From Macrostomum lignano (taxonomy: Eukaryota), in contig NIVC01001158.1 of assembly GCA_002269645.1 (NCBI GenBank), forward strand, positions 1 to 64,000: a stretch of 64,000 nucleotides of DNA, given 5' to 3'. Positions 24,972 through 36,400 of the stretch are shown piece after piece (within the stretch, counting starts at the first letter, position 1; every line of letters starts with the position of its first letter). The position numbers and the translations under genes were made by a program. The notes under the pieces were generated by a model that was not told where the DNA came from, searched no databases, and saw nothing but the letters and a program-made list of their open reading frames with translations.

Positions 24972-25402
24972 ATGGCTGATGCTCACGGATTAATTAAACT
25001 GCTTCCTCATCGAAAACAAAGGCTGGACAATTCCTGGCTACAAATATTGCGGGCCTTTGAATCCGCTTGAAATTCAGTTATATAAAAACAATAATCCAAA
25101 TCCTGGGCCTGAGCCGTTGAACGAGCTCTGTCTGCATGTGGCACGACGTTTAGTATAGGGATTTTCCAGAGTAGAATTGCTGGGACAAAGAAATGCTTAG
25201 GAGATTAGACAATATGAGGACTTCCAGCGGGTGTAAGGAATCGATCGCTCGGAAGCTAGTTAAAGCTGTTATTTTTGGAAAGACAAAGTTGGGGTTGGGG
25301 CTTGGCGGCTGTTTGGGTAAAGGGGCGGGTTTTGTATTGCATGCGCCAAGTAAAGATCTAGGAAGACTGCTGAAAGAGCTGGGGGTTGATAGAGCAGAAT
25401 GA
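24972..25402 (+). pseudogene. PLA2-domain gene, intron-free copy 2 (frameshifted)
   Basis: GWTIPGYKYCGPLNPL...CMWHDV; highly similar at the nucleotide level to 470-900. Confidence 0.85.
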
Positions 25403-25605
25403 TACCATAATCGATTTTAGCTAGCATGATTTAGCAAATTTTTAGCCACGTCTTAACTGAACTGCGCATAACCAAGACTCAGCAACCACTACCACCTCAA
25501 ACCCGCATTGGCTCTTGCGGGTGAGCTTATTGGCTAAGAGCTCAAACGCGAGCGGAAAACGTTTTTTTAAGTAAAGGCGGAAGCCGGCCAGCCTTTTTCA
25601 CTTAA

Positions 25606-26260
25606 TTGCTATTAGAAAACGCAATGGCTGAAAGAATTACAGTTAGAACCGCTCGACTTAACGCATTTGTGAACGATTTGATTAATTTAATACCTTTAGA
25701 GCGGAGAGATGGACTCCATCAATTGTTTGAAAAATTCAAAGAGGAGGAAATACAATACGATTTGGCTAGCATGAAAGGACAAACCCAACGCGATATTTCC
25801 GCCTACGAAGCACGAGTAGCTGCTGTTTTCCAGTGCCTTCGTGCTTCGTATGGAGTCGAAGTTCAAGCGCCAACAAGGGAGCTATCAGTGATCGAGGAAA
25901 GTATGCGCGCGTTGAACTTTAGTCATCTACCCACTGTTTTACCCACTACAGAACATGCTGGCGGAATTATTTCAGCTTGAGACTTTTTACGATAAGCGCA
26001 CATTAATTGTGTCATTTTACATCGGCTTCATCATTCACCGACCTAAACTTACACTAAAGTCGGTTCGGAATACAATTCGACGGCTTAATCTACAAGTATC
26101 GAGGCAGACTTTGGACAAGAAGTTGAGAGTGTACGACTTATTGACAGAATTTCCGGCCCTACAGCGCTGCACCGTACCAGTTAGCTTCGTTCTGGAAAAT
26201 ATGAAGCTCATTCGGGACGAGGTGCGCTACCAGGCGGATGCAGCGACGTGGAGACAGTGA
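25606..26260 (+). pseudogene. Hypothetical protein related to 1649-2218 (split in two frames)
   Basis: ORFs 25606-25980 and 25955-26260; shared Y.L.TE.P.L..C.V motif and synteny with PLA2. Confidence 0.45.
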
Positions 26261-26446
26261 CGGTTACGGGTTATGACTTAGCCAATTTGAAATACGATCG
26301 CATTAGCAGTGTTGAGTTATTTTTAGTAACAAGTCATTTCCAGTCTCTCTTTTGTATAATCTTATCAACCAATGAGAACGCTTATAATGGACACCAGTGG
26401 GGCCATTTTTAAATGAAAGTACTGTCACACTTTCATACTTTCACAT

Positions 26447-28540
26447 TATTATCCCAGAGGTTAAATAGAGCTCGGCGGGACATGTTGGAATCAACAGAGA
26501 GTAAAGTATTAGAGCTAGGATGGGGTTTGGCTCTCTGGAGAGAGAGGAAACACTAATTATATAGTAGATCCCAGTGAGGTGGTGTGAGCCAATAGGAAAC
26601 TACCAGTGCCGACCCTCGTCATACATATTTTCCCAGGGCGGGGATTGGTAGGGTTTGAGACCCACAACCTGAAGAACGTCCTGCAGATTTTCCTCCTCAG
26701 TCCTGGCTACCGGAGGGGTCTCTGTCTTGGCTCGCTTGGCAGGCGGTGGGGCCTCAGGTGCCGGCTTGAAGAGCTTGTCCAAACGGGCGGCAAACATCCG
26801 GCGCCACAGTTCAGGCGTGAATTCGATCGTGTAGCGCCAATTAAACTTTGGGTCCACGTTGAGCCAATCGCGCAGCAAACGAATCCTTCCTTGCGAAGCC
26901 TCGACAGCCTTGAAATTGCCCAACACGACCCGCTTGTACACGTGAAGGCGGGCAGCAGCCTCCAGGTCAGGGCGCGCAGCTTCGAGCTTCTTCCACTCTT
27001 GCTCGCTCAAGTAGATTGCAGGGAAGCCGTCCTTCCACACTCCAGCCTCGTTGGTGTAGAGCAGCCGAACTTCAATCAAGTTGTGCTCGGTTTCAAATGT
27101 GGGCTTCCGCGCCACAAAGTTTTCGTATACAGAGATAGAAGACATGATTTAGCAGTAGCAGCAGCACAGAGCTCTCTGACAGCCGTGCAGCGCCTTATAT
27201 ACCCCCGGATGGAGGGTGGGTGGGGGTGATTTTGGGGACGATTTCTGATGATTTTGGTTGGTTTTTGGTGATTTGACCAATAACAGTCGAGCTGAGCAGA
27301 TTTTTAGTATATATACAGACCCCCAGAACCGGGGTAGAGAGATAATCCTTCTCTCTCCGCTCTCTGTTTTTAAAATGGCTAAACGCAGCGCAGCACCAAC
27401 TGCTTTCCTGGCTGATAAGAGGCAGCGTCTTTATGGTAGGTTTTAATTAATTTCTGGCCAGTTGTTTATCAGTCTAGACTAGAGTTGCTAGGGTGCTGCG
27501 GCAGGGTACCGATAAGAATTAGCAGTGGGGTGAGCTGCTGCGACAGCTGCAAGGGTTTAGCGCTGTCTAGACAAGTTTCAGCACGGTGAGCTGCGCGTGT
27601 AAACAAAGACTGGGGCTGCAGATAGGGTGCGTGTACGGAGCTGCCCAGACAGGCTGCAGCTGGGGTGCTGATAAGAAATTGGCAGGGTCTGTAACAGATA
27701 ATCGTTGGGGTGCGGTGACAGAGAGTTGCTAGGGTTAACTGCTGCAGGGAATTGGAGGGGTGCAGCAGAGTAAACAAAGACTGGGGCTGCTGCGAAAGCT
27801 GCAGGGGTCTAGACTGGAGTTGCTAGGCAGGAGGGTACGTTGCTGATAAGAAATAGGCAGGGTCTGTAACAGATAATCGTTAGGGTTAAAAAATTGCAGA
27901 CACGTGCTAGGTAGATTTAGCGGTGCTGTGATAGCTACACGGGCTGGCAGGGACAGCGTAAACGAAGACTGGGGCTGCAGATAGGGTGCTGCGCGTGTCC
28001 AGACAGGCGGGGGGTGTGCTGCGGTTGGGGTACTGATAAGAAATTAGCGGGGTCTGTAGCAAAAACAGACAGAGTTGCTGGGGAGGGCTTGACACGTTTC
28101 AGCAGGGTTAGCAGCAACAGCTGCAGGGTCTGTGAGAATTGGAGGGGTGCAGAAGAGTAAACAAAGACTCTGATAAGAAATAGTTGCAGGATAGAGTTGG
28201 TGAATTGCTGCTGTTAGGGTGCTGCGACAGAGGGGTGACAGGGCTGATAGGAACTTGCTGGGATAGAGTTGGGAGGGGTGCCTCTTTGTCCGAACACGCT
28301 GGGGCCAGGAAAATGACAGATTCTTCTGGTTTTTATCTCCTTGTGTTTTTTTTCAGACGCGTTTGTCCCGCCAACACAGCCGGAATCTGTTACCGGACCG
28401 GGTGAGTTATCTAGCCCCCATTCCCCAGACAGACCCAGGCTGACTCACACCCCCATTCATTCTCTGCAGGTTTTACGGCCCGGCTGTATAATCAACGCGA
28501 CCTGCCTAAGTTTAGGGCAAAGGGCGTTGAATATGTGGTG
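26447..28540 (+). mobile_element. Diverged partial copy (A1) of the family-A element: PC4-like gene plus pPolB exons 1-3
   Basis: Colinear with 32480-34371. Exon 1 27375-27435, exon 2 identical to 34181-34225; exon 3 is cut at 28540 by an AGTAGT terminus. Confidence 0.85.
26600..27145 (-). CDS. Tandem PC4-like ssDNA-binding protein (copy A1)
   Basis: LIEVRLLYTNEAGVWKDGFPAIYLSEQEWKKL; homolog of 32630-33163. Confidence 0.7.
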   Translation of the reverse strand: MSSISVYENFVARKPTFETEHNLIEVRLLYTNEAGVWKDGFPAIYLSEQEWKKLEAARPDLEAAARLHVYKRVVLGNFKAVEASQGRIRLLRDWLNVDPKFNWRYTIEFTPELWRRMFAARLDKLFKPAPEAPPPAKRAKTETPPVARTEEENLQDVLQVVGLKPYQSPPWENMYDEGRHW

Positions 28541-28896
28541 AGTAGTATGTAAAAGTACGCTTCCAGACCCAGAGGCACCTATTAAACAGCACATTTGAAG
28601 GGCTAGAGAGGGGGACACGGGGGGGAATAAAAAAAACACATGTAAACACTAAACAGCACAATTAAACACAATTAAACACCCCCAATACCCCCAATAACCC
28701 CATTTAATCAAAAACACTATTAACACACCCAATCAAATCCTCACATCAGAAATCAAACCCCCATGTCCCCCCTCTAGCCCTTCAAATCCATTGTTTCAAT
28801 AGGATCTGATCTAGAAGCGTACTTTTACATACTACTACATCCAAACACACACTAACACTCTCTAACCGTCGCCAGCGCCGCAGGCGCAAAGGGTCT
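28541..28896 (+). repeat. Left TIR of Polinton B (~356 bp)
   Basis: The inner 210 bp match 47236-47446 in inverted orientation. The outer 145 bp are inferred from the AGTAGT start. Confidence 0.7.
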
Positions 28897-29457
28897 AGAA
28901 TGGTAGAAAAGAATAGAAGCTATTTTTAGCCAGCTCACCCACGCACTCAACATTCCATTAAGGCAGATTTTTCGTTTTCGTTTCGTTTTCAAAAATCTGG
29001 CCTTAATGGAATGTGGGCATTCATCACCCCACCACGCAGCTAAATGGAAATTGGACATTCATCACCCCACCCACGCAGCTAAATGTTATATAAATGCATA
29101 TAAGAAGAACTCAATTTATCACGAAGCGAAAAAAAAAATTAACCCAGCTCACATCAACGAAAATGCCATCATATAGCACCCTCAATGAGCGTCTAAGAGC
29201 CGCAGCAAATACTTGCAACTCGAACCCAAACTCTTCGACGACACCACCAAAACTCCATGTTTCGTAACACCGAGCTTAATAATTTTATTAATCAAAGAAT
29301 TACATCGTGGAGAAACGAAGAAAGATTTTTCAACGCGCTCAAGGTAATAAATAAAATCCTATTCATTTAATAACTATATCTAGCTATTAACACTTACTAA
29401 TTTATATTTTAGAAATATCATCAACAGCGACAAGCGTATCAGAAGGCACAGAGGCGA

Positions 29458-29734
29458 GTGGAGGAGTTTATGGAAGACATCCAATATCAACCAACTCAAG
29501 ATATGCCGCCACAAAACCAAGATCAACCAACTCAAGCTATGACTCCACAAAATCAAGATCAACCCACTCAAGCAAACAATGTAGCAGTCTGTCCAATCTG
29601 CCAGCACACGCCAACCAGGCCTATTGGAAAACACATGTTGTCAGGTAATGATATGTGAAGTGTGTTACAATCAAGCAATGGCGAATGGTCTAAGAAACTG
29701 CCCAAACTGCCGCGCCGTATGGAATGTTGATTGA
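29458..29734 (+). pseudogene. RING-finger protein (one frameshift)
   Basis: CPICQHTPTRPIG / TCCQVMICEVCYNQAMANGLRNCPNCR, preceded by QDQPTQ repeats. Confidence 0.7.
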
Positions 29735-29964
29735 GAACGAGGAAAAGAATCAATGACATATTGACAAACATCTCTTATAGAAAAGGCGCACAAAAGTAAA
29801 ATATAAAATTCTCTGTATTCAAACGAAGTTATTACCATCTTTGGAACGAAAAAAAATACACAAGCTTTATGTCTACCCTTTTTGTGTCTCCATATCGTCT
29901 CAATTTTCTGTTACTAAAAATAGACAAAAATGACACACGTTACACATATACAAAATCTAAATGA

Positions 29965-30340
29965 ATTGCAAGTAGGAGACACCAGTAGAATACAGAGGTG
30001 AGGGTCTTTTCGACATAACAGGCGCTGCAGCAAATGCATTTAAAGACAATATGCCACTAATAGCACAAGCAGGCTCAGCAGCAGGCCTCTTAACCACGCA
30101 GTCAAGGGGGGAATAGAAGCAGCTAAGGCAGTAGAAGAGCTCAAGAAATTGAGAGAATTTAACGACACCCTCTCGCAAATAAAAGCAATAAATATTTATA
30201 GCTAGCACAAGAAAGCCACCCAACTCACACAAGCTACTGAAAACACCTACTAAAAGTAACCCATTGAGCAATAAAGATATCCAAGATTTTAATAAAATGT
30301 TAACCTCAATTAAAGGCGGAAAAGGATTAAAGAAGTTTTA
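29965..30340 (+). pseudogene. Ala/Gly-rich amphipathic virion-type protein
   Basis: GEGLFDITGAAANAFKDNMPLIAQAGSAAGL...IEAAKAVEELKKLREF; homolog of 5290-5536. Confidence 0.5.
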
Positions 30341-31561
30341 GTAATATAAAAATGGGCTCAGTTAATGATGAAAATCGTCACTACTAAGCAACGGTAGATC
30401 CGTCGATTTTGGAGGTGGGGTGGGTGTCAACCCTCCTCGCCTCTCATTGGCTGGCGCCCCGATCACTAGGTGATCGATACCCGTATCGATATCGGCGCTC
30501 GGCGCGCGCGCGCCGCAGGCGCGTGGCGCCAAGCGCCGCAGGCGCACCTACCGATATGTACCGATATGTATGCTCACCCTACCGACATGTACCCCGATAT
30601 GTACACCCTCCCGAGCCGCAGGCGCACCCTCCTGAGCCGCAGACGCCCATGCCGCAGGCGCCCTGAGTGTACACTCTCCCGAGCCAAAGGTACACTCTCC
30701 CCAGTACACTCTCCCGATATGTACACTCTCCACAGTACACTCTCCCGATATGTATGCATACACAGATATGTAGTCAACGATATTAGGCTAGTGAAAACTA
30801 CTTATAGTAGGTGAAATTGAGTATATTTACATAAAAATGTAGATAAAACATATTGGTAGGTGAATAATGACGCATATTACATATTAAAATGTACATATTG
30901 GAGCATATGAGCAGCAAAAACACACAATGTAGGTGCATATTTGACAGAAATAGACAAAGCAGGTACTGTAAGCACTACATAGGTGGTAATACACACAGTA
31001 TAAAGTAGGTTTACAAAGTGTACTTTCGATACATATCGGATTAATGTATAAAGCGGGTTTACAAGGCATGCATATATCAGAAGGTGTAGTTGTATAATAC
31101 AGGCGCGCATGTATAATCAGATTATAGGCAAACGCCCAGGTGCAATTTCAACAGACGCGTAAATAATGTCACACCGACTAAAGAGTAAATATTGTCTAAC
31201 CCGCAGGTGCATAAATATTAAACAAAAGCGGTTCGGGGAAATCCCAAAAGGGAGGTTTTAGCCGCCCGTTTTCGCCGCCCTAACCCTCTTATGGGTACAA
31301 TTGCGTTGAAAATATTTCAAGTCATTAGGTTGTAAGACCCTCCATATTTTAGGTGGGTGGACTCGAGCCCGGGGCCAGCCCATTACAGTTTTTTGGGCCG
31401 GCCCCTCTGCCAATTTCCTCCCTAGGTGCGAGCTATCAGAATTGGTCTTTTAACCCCCGTGTATACACACATAGAGGCCCCCAGCTAGCGTCCCATTCTA
31501 ACCTACCCAGTGTACAGTGTTGGGTTCCCCAAACCGCGTACAAAGAGAAATACCTTATCAG

Positions 31562-32518
31562 TCAATCTCCATACGCTCCCTCAGGGCTGTCTCGTACGCG
31601 GCCTCTTCCTCCACGCTCTCGAAGCAGTAGTCGGATGACTGGCAATGTGGAAATTATAACAGTCAATGTAGATAGAATATAGGCAAGGTATATGATTAGA
31701 TGAGTTGTGTATACAGTGTAATATCTAACCAAACCTAAATCCTCCTCCAGCCGCCACAGGCGTAGAGACGCTGTATAGCGCACCAACGAAAGGTGCTCCT
31801 CCCAGTTGGTAGACCGGATAGCAGTAGCTATCCGGACCGGATAGCAGACTGCAGGCTCATCCCACGCAGTCGGGCGCGCTCCCGGACCGGCCAGGTACGC
31901 CTCCGAGTCGGGGGCATACGAATTACGCCCTATTAGCCAATCCTGGTGTAGCGTCTCCGCCTCCAGCACCTCCCGCAGATCAGCCCCTCGGGCCACCAAA
32001 GTATCAAGAACCCGATTAAAGGCTCTGACAAAGGTGGCTTGGGAGGGCAGGCCGCCAGGGTGGCGAGACCTCAACCAGTCAATGTCCCCGCGGAAAAATG
32101 AGGCCACAATGCGAGGAAAGCGCTCACGAACCACGGCGATCTCCTCAGACATATCCTCGTCCTCATCGTCGAAGAGAAGGAGCGTAGAGGCTGATGATAT
32201 TGAGGCCCGGTGGGAGGTAGTTGAAGCAGAGGCGGCAGCGGCAGAGACGGGCGCAGTAGAGACAGAGGCGGCAGCAGCAGCAGGGGCGCCGTTCACAACC
32301 CCGCCGATAGCCAGCAGCGGGAGGTCAAAAACTTCAGATTCGGTGTCGCTATCATAGGACATGGCCCAAGCTAGATATTGATCAGCCTCCCAATTATCGG
32401 TTCCGTTGTTTTCAGTGCCTAGGGGAACTATGTGTTCAGGGATATCACCCTCGAGGCTGGTTAACTCTTCAGTCGGGCGATTATTATCCCAGAGGTTGGA
32501 TAGAGCTCGGCGGGCCAT
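31562..32518 (-). CDS. Orphan 318-aa acidic/Ala-rich protein (left arm)
   Basis: Open ATG ORF with translation identical to 38756-39712; no recognisable family. Confidence 0.6.
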   Translation of the reverse strand: MARRALSNLWDNNRPTEELTSLEGDIPEHIVPLGTENNGTDNWEADQYLAWAMSYDSDTESEVFDLPLLAIGGVVNGAPAAAAASVSTAPVSAAAASASTTSHRASISSASTLLLFDDEDEDMSEEIAVVRERFPRIVASFFRGDIDWLRSRHPGGLPSQATFVRAFNRVLDTLVARGADLREVLEAETLHQDWLIGRNSYAPDSEAYLAGPGARPTAWDEPAVCYPVRIATAIRSTNWEEHLSLVRYTASLRLWRLEEDLGLVRYYTVYTTHLIIYLAYILSTLTVIISTLPVIRLLLRERGGRGRVRDSPEGAYGD

Positions 32519-32629
32519 GTTGGAATCAACAGAGAGTAAAGTATTAGAGCTAGGATAGGTTCGACTCTCCAGAGAGGAAACACTAATTATATAGACGGAT
32601 CGAGTGAGGCGGTGCGAACCAATAGGAAA

Positions 32630-33163
32630 CTAGCAGTCCCAACCCTCGTTATACAGATTTTCCCAGGGCGGAGATTGGTAGGGTTTGAGACCCACAAGCT
32701 GAAGAACATCCTCCTCAGTCCTGGCTACCGGAGGCGTGTCTGTCTTGACTCGCTTGGCTGGAGGGGGTGCCTCAGGTGCCGGCTTGAAGAGCTTGTCCAA
32801 ACGGGCGGCAAACATCCGGCGCCACAGTTCAGGCGTGAATTCGATCGTGTAGCGCCAATTAAACTTTGGGTCCTGATTGAGCCAATTGCGCAGCAAACGG
32901 ATCCTCCCTCGCGAAGCTTCAACTGCCTTGAAATTGCCCAACAGGACCCGCTTGTTCACGTGAAGGCGGGCAGCAGCCTCCAGGTCAGGGCGCGCAGCTT
33001 CGAGCTTCTTCCACTCTGGCTCGCTCAAGTAGATTGCAGGGAAGCCGTCCTTCCACACTCCGGCCTCGTTGGTGTAGAGACGCCGAATTTCAATCAAGTT
33101 GTGTTCAGTTTCAAATGTGGGCTTCCGCGCCACAAAGTTTTCGTATAGAGAGATAGAAGACAT
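32630..33163 (-). CDS. Tandem PC4-like ssDNA-binding protein
   Basis: LIEIRRLYTNEAGVWKDGFPAIYLSEPEWKKLEAARPDLEAA aligns without gaps to the PC4/SUB1 core as I recall it ([42 protein letters not shown]). The second half repeats the pattern. Confidence 0.7.
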   Translation of the reverse strand: MSSISLYENFVARKPTFETEHNLIEIRRLYTNEAGVWKDGFPAIYLSEPEWKKLEAARPDLEAAARLHVNKRVLLGNFKAVEASRGRIRLLRNWLNQDPKFNWRYTIEFTPELWRRMFAARLDKLFKPAPEAPPPAKRVKTDTPPVARTEEDVLQLVGLKPYQSPPWENLYNEGWDC

Positions 33164-33404
33164 GATTTAGCAGCAGCAGCAGAGAGCTCTCTGACAGCCG
33201 TGCAGCGCCTTATATACCCCCGGATGGAGGGTGGGGTGGGTGATGATTTTGGGGGGTGATTTTTGATGATTTTGGTTGGTTTTTGGTGATTTATCCAATA
33301 ACAGGCGAGCTGAGCAGATTTTTTAGTACATATACAGACCCCCCAGAGCCAGGGTAGAGAGATAATCCTTCTCTCTCCGCTCTCTCACGCTCTCTGTTTG
33401 CAAA

Positions 33405-36400
33405 ATGGCTAAACGCAGCGCCACCGCAACTGCTTTCCTGGCTGACAAGAGGCAACGTCTTTATGGTAAGTTTTAATTAATTTCTGACCGTCTAGGCTAG
33501 ACTGTAGTTGCTAGGGTGGGGGGTACTGCGGCACGGGGTGAGCTGCTGCGACAGCTGCAGGGTCTGTGGGACCGCAGAGTAAACAACAAAGACTGTCACT
33601 GCTGCGACAGCTGCGGGGGTCTAGACTGGAGTTGCTAGGGTGGGGTGCAGATAAGAAATTGGCAGGGTCTGTAACAGAGAGTTGCAGGGGAGGGCTAGAC
33701 AAGTTTCAGCCGGGTTAGCAGCAGCAGCAGCTGCAGGGTCTGTGGGACAGCAGAGTAAACAAAGACTGGGGCCTCGGGTGGGGTGTTGTCTAGACAGGGA
33801 GGGGTGTGCGGCAGCTGATAAGAAATTGCTGCAAAAAACAGAGAGTTGCTAGGATGCTGCGGCAGAGTACTGATAAGAAATTGGCGTGGTCTGTAACAGA
33901 TAATCGTTGGGGCGGGCTAGACAAGTTTCAGCCGGGTGGGGGGCAGAGAGTTGCTGGGACTGTGTAGCGCGGGGGCAGACTGATAAGAAATTGGCAAGGG
34001 CTGTCTAGACAGGTTGCAGCTAGGTGCAGATAAGAAATTGCTGCAAAAAACAGAGAGTTGCTGTGGGAGGGGTGCTGCAGAGTAAACAACAAAGACTGGA
34101 ACTGCTGCGACAGAGGGTTGCTGGGGCCAGGAAAATGACAGATTCTTCTGGTTTTTTTTTATCTCCTTGTGTTTTTTCAGACGCGTTTGTCCCGCCAACA
34201 CAGCCGGAATCTGTTACCGGACCGGGTGAGTTATCCAGCCCCCCATTTCCCACACAGACCCGGGCTGACTCACACTCCCCCATTCCCCCCATGCAGGTTT
34301 TACGGCCCGGCTGGATAATCAGCGCGAGCTGCCCAAGTTTAGGGCAAAGGGCGTCGAGTATGTGGTGCGTATTACCAACACCGAAGATTTGCGGGAGCTG
34401 TTTGTCGACATGCTCGAAGTTTTCAAGCAAGATTTGGCAGGCGAGGATTTCATGGCTGCGAAATTCGAGAGCGACAATATGCTCAAAGCAGCCCATACTC
34501 CCCCGGTGCGTGCAGCCCGCATGACGGCTGAATTATTATTCAAGCACATTGACAAGATTGTGCAGTCGGATGCCACTGTATTGTCAGGCAACTTTTCTAT
34601 CCGCCTGCTAAAAGCCTGGGTACCTCGAGGTGGCTGCGCCCTCGAGAACAAACATGTAGAGGAGCGCCACGCCTTCTCCAAGCACTATGTCCGCATCACC
34701 AACTCGGACAAGAGATGCCTGCTGCGAGCGCTTGTTGTCGCATGCGCCTACCTGCAATTTGTGGTCAAGTCCATCACCGAGCGGCTGTGGCGCACGATCA
34801 AGGCCAATTCGCCCACGCAGACTAAGCTGGTGGCTGAGCTACAAATCGAAGCGGGCCTCTACACGGTAAGTTTATAGTATTTTCATGGATTACTAAAAGA
34901 ATTTTTACGATAAGGAATACTAAAAGATATATTTTCTGATAAGAATTTTTACGCAGTATCATGGAATACTAAAAGAACCATACTCTGATAAGAATTTTTA
35001 CGATAAGGAATACTAAAAGAATTTTACATAGTATCAGGGAATACTAAAAGAAATATTTTACCCCCACACAGACTCTTCAAACCGTCTCGCAGGCCGGTCC
35101 TTTCGGGGTGGATGCACTGTCCGAAGCGATCCGTGCCCTGAACCGGCTGCATCCAGGCCATGATTTCGGTGTACGAGTGTACCGGGCAGAGGAGGCCAAC
35201 AGGTGCATCTTCAACCTGCCTGGCACCGAGATTCTGCACCTGCACCTGATTGAGCAGCACTTTAATGTGGTTACAAAGCTGCCTGCGTTTTTCGGCTCCG
35301 ATCACTACTGCCCCAAGTGCGAGATGGCCTACGACTGCGCCAACGCCGAGCACAAGTGCGCTGATGCCTGCAGTACATGCAAGACTCCGGGCTCCAACTG
35401 CAAGCATAACCGCGCATGTGAGATGCCATGATTGCGGGCTAAATTGCTATAATGCTCAGTGCCTAGAAAATCACAAGCGCAAGAATAAGGCGGGCAGATC
35501 GCGCTGCGATTCAGTCCACGTTTGCGGCACGTGTGGTTATCTAGAAGAACTAAAAGTAGGCCAGCCCCCTGAGCATCAGTGCCGTTACGCAAAGTGTCCA
35601 GTCTGCAAGCAGTACGACGAAACGGCCACCCACGAGTGCTTTGTCACCCCGCCCAAAGCCAAAGAGTCTAGCGCCCCGTATGTTTACTATGATTTTGAGA
35701 CGTACGTGGACTCTGGCAAGCAGCACCGGGTACACTTGGTTACGGCTGCCACCTCCTGCGAGGCGTGTCCCAAACTCTTCCCCAGGCCCCGCTGCAGCGT
35801 GTGCGGGGGACTACACAGCTCAGCCAATTGCATTGCGGGACGCAATCTGGCGCTGGATTTTACGAGCTGTGTCTCGCACAATGACTGTGCCTGCGGGATG
35901 CGAGAGTTTGTATCTGTCGGGCCGCACTCTATCGATGCCTTTTACTGCTGGCTGACTAGTGTGTTCAAGCAGGGGGCAATTGCATTTGCGCACAATGGCT
36001 CTGCGTATGACGCATTCCTCCTGCTCGGCGCCCTACTCAACGGACTGGCCAAGAAGAAGCCCCAAGTGATCTTCCAGAACAGCAACCTAATGTACATGAA
36101 GTGCGACAAGATCACGTTCAAGGACAGCCTCAACTTTATCCCTATTGGTCTGGCGCAATTCCCAAAGGCGCTTGGTTTGGGCACACAACTGACCAAAGGA
36201 GATTTCCCGCACGTGTTCAATCAGCCTCAAAATTGGGGGTACGTAGGTCCCTACTGCTCAATTGATATGTACGGCGGGAAGAAGAATAAGCAGCACGACT
36301 CCATCGCCGACTGGCTGGCCAAGCAGGAGGGCAAAGTGTTTAATTTTAATAAGGAGTATCTGGACTATTGCCTGCAGGACACGCTAATTTTGCGGGAAGG

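Noticed and set aside
28535-28540. TSD for Polinton B
   Set aside because: Cannot be verified because the right end is in the gap; GTGGTG is only a prediction.
30380-32966. 2.6-kb arms as the element's ancestral TIRs
   Set aside because: The inner boundary falls mid-gene and coincides with pol truncation and a 269-nt filler; copy-back explains it better, though this is not proven.
32612-33148. Plus-strand ORFs opposite the PC4-like gene (also 26606-27229, 38021-38662)
   Set aside because: Antisense shadows with non-ATG starts; the recognisable motif is on the other strand.
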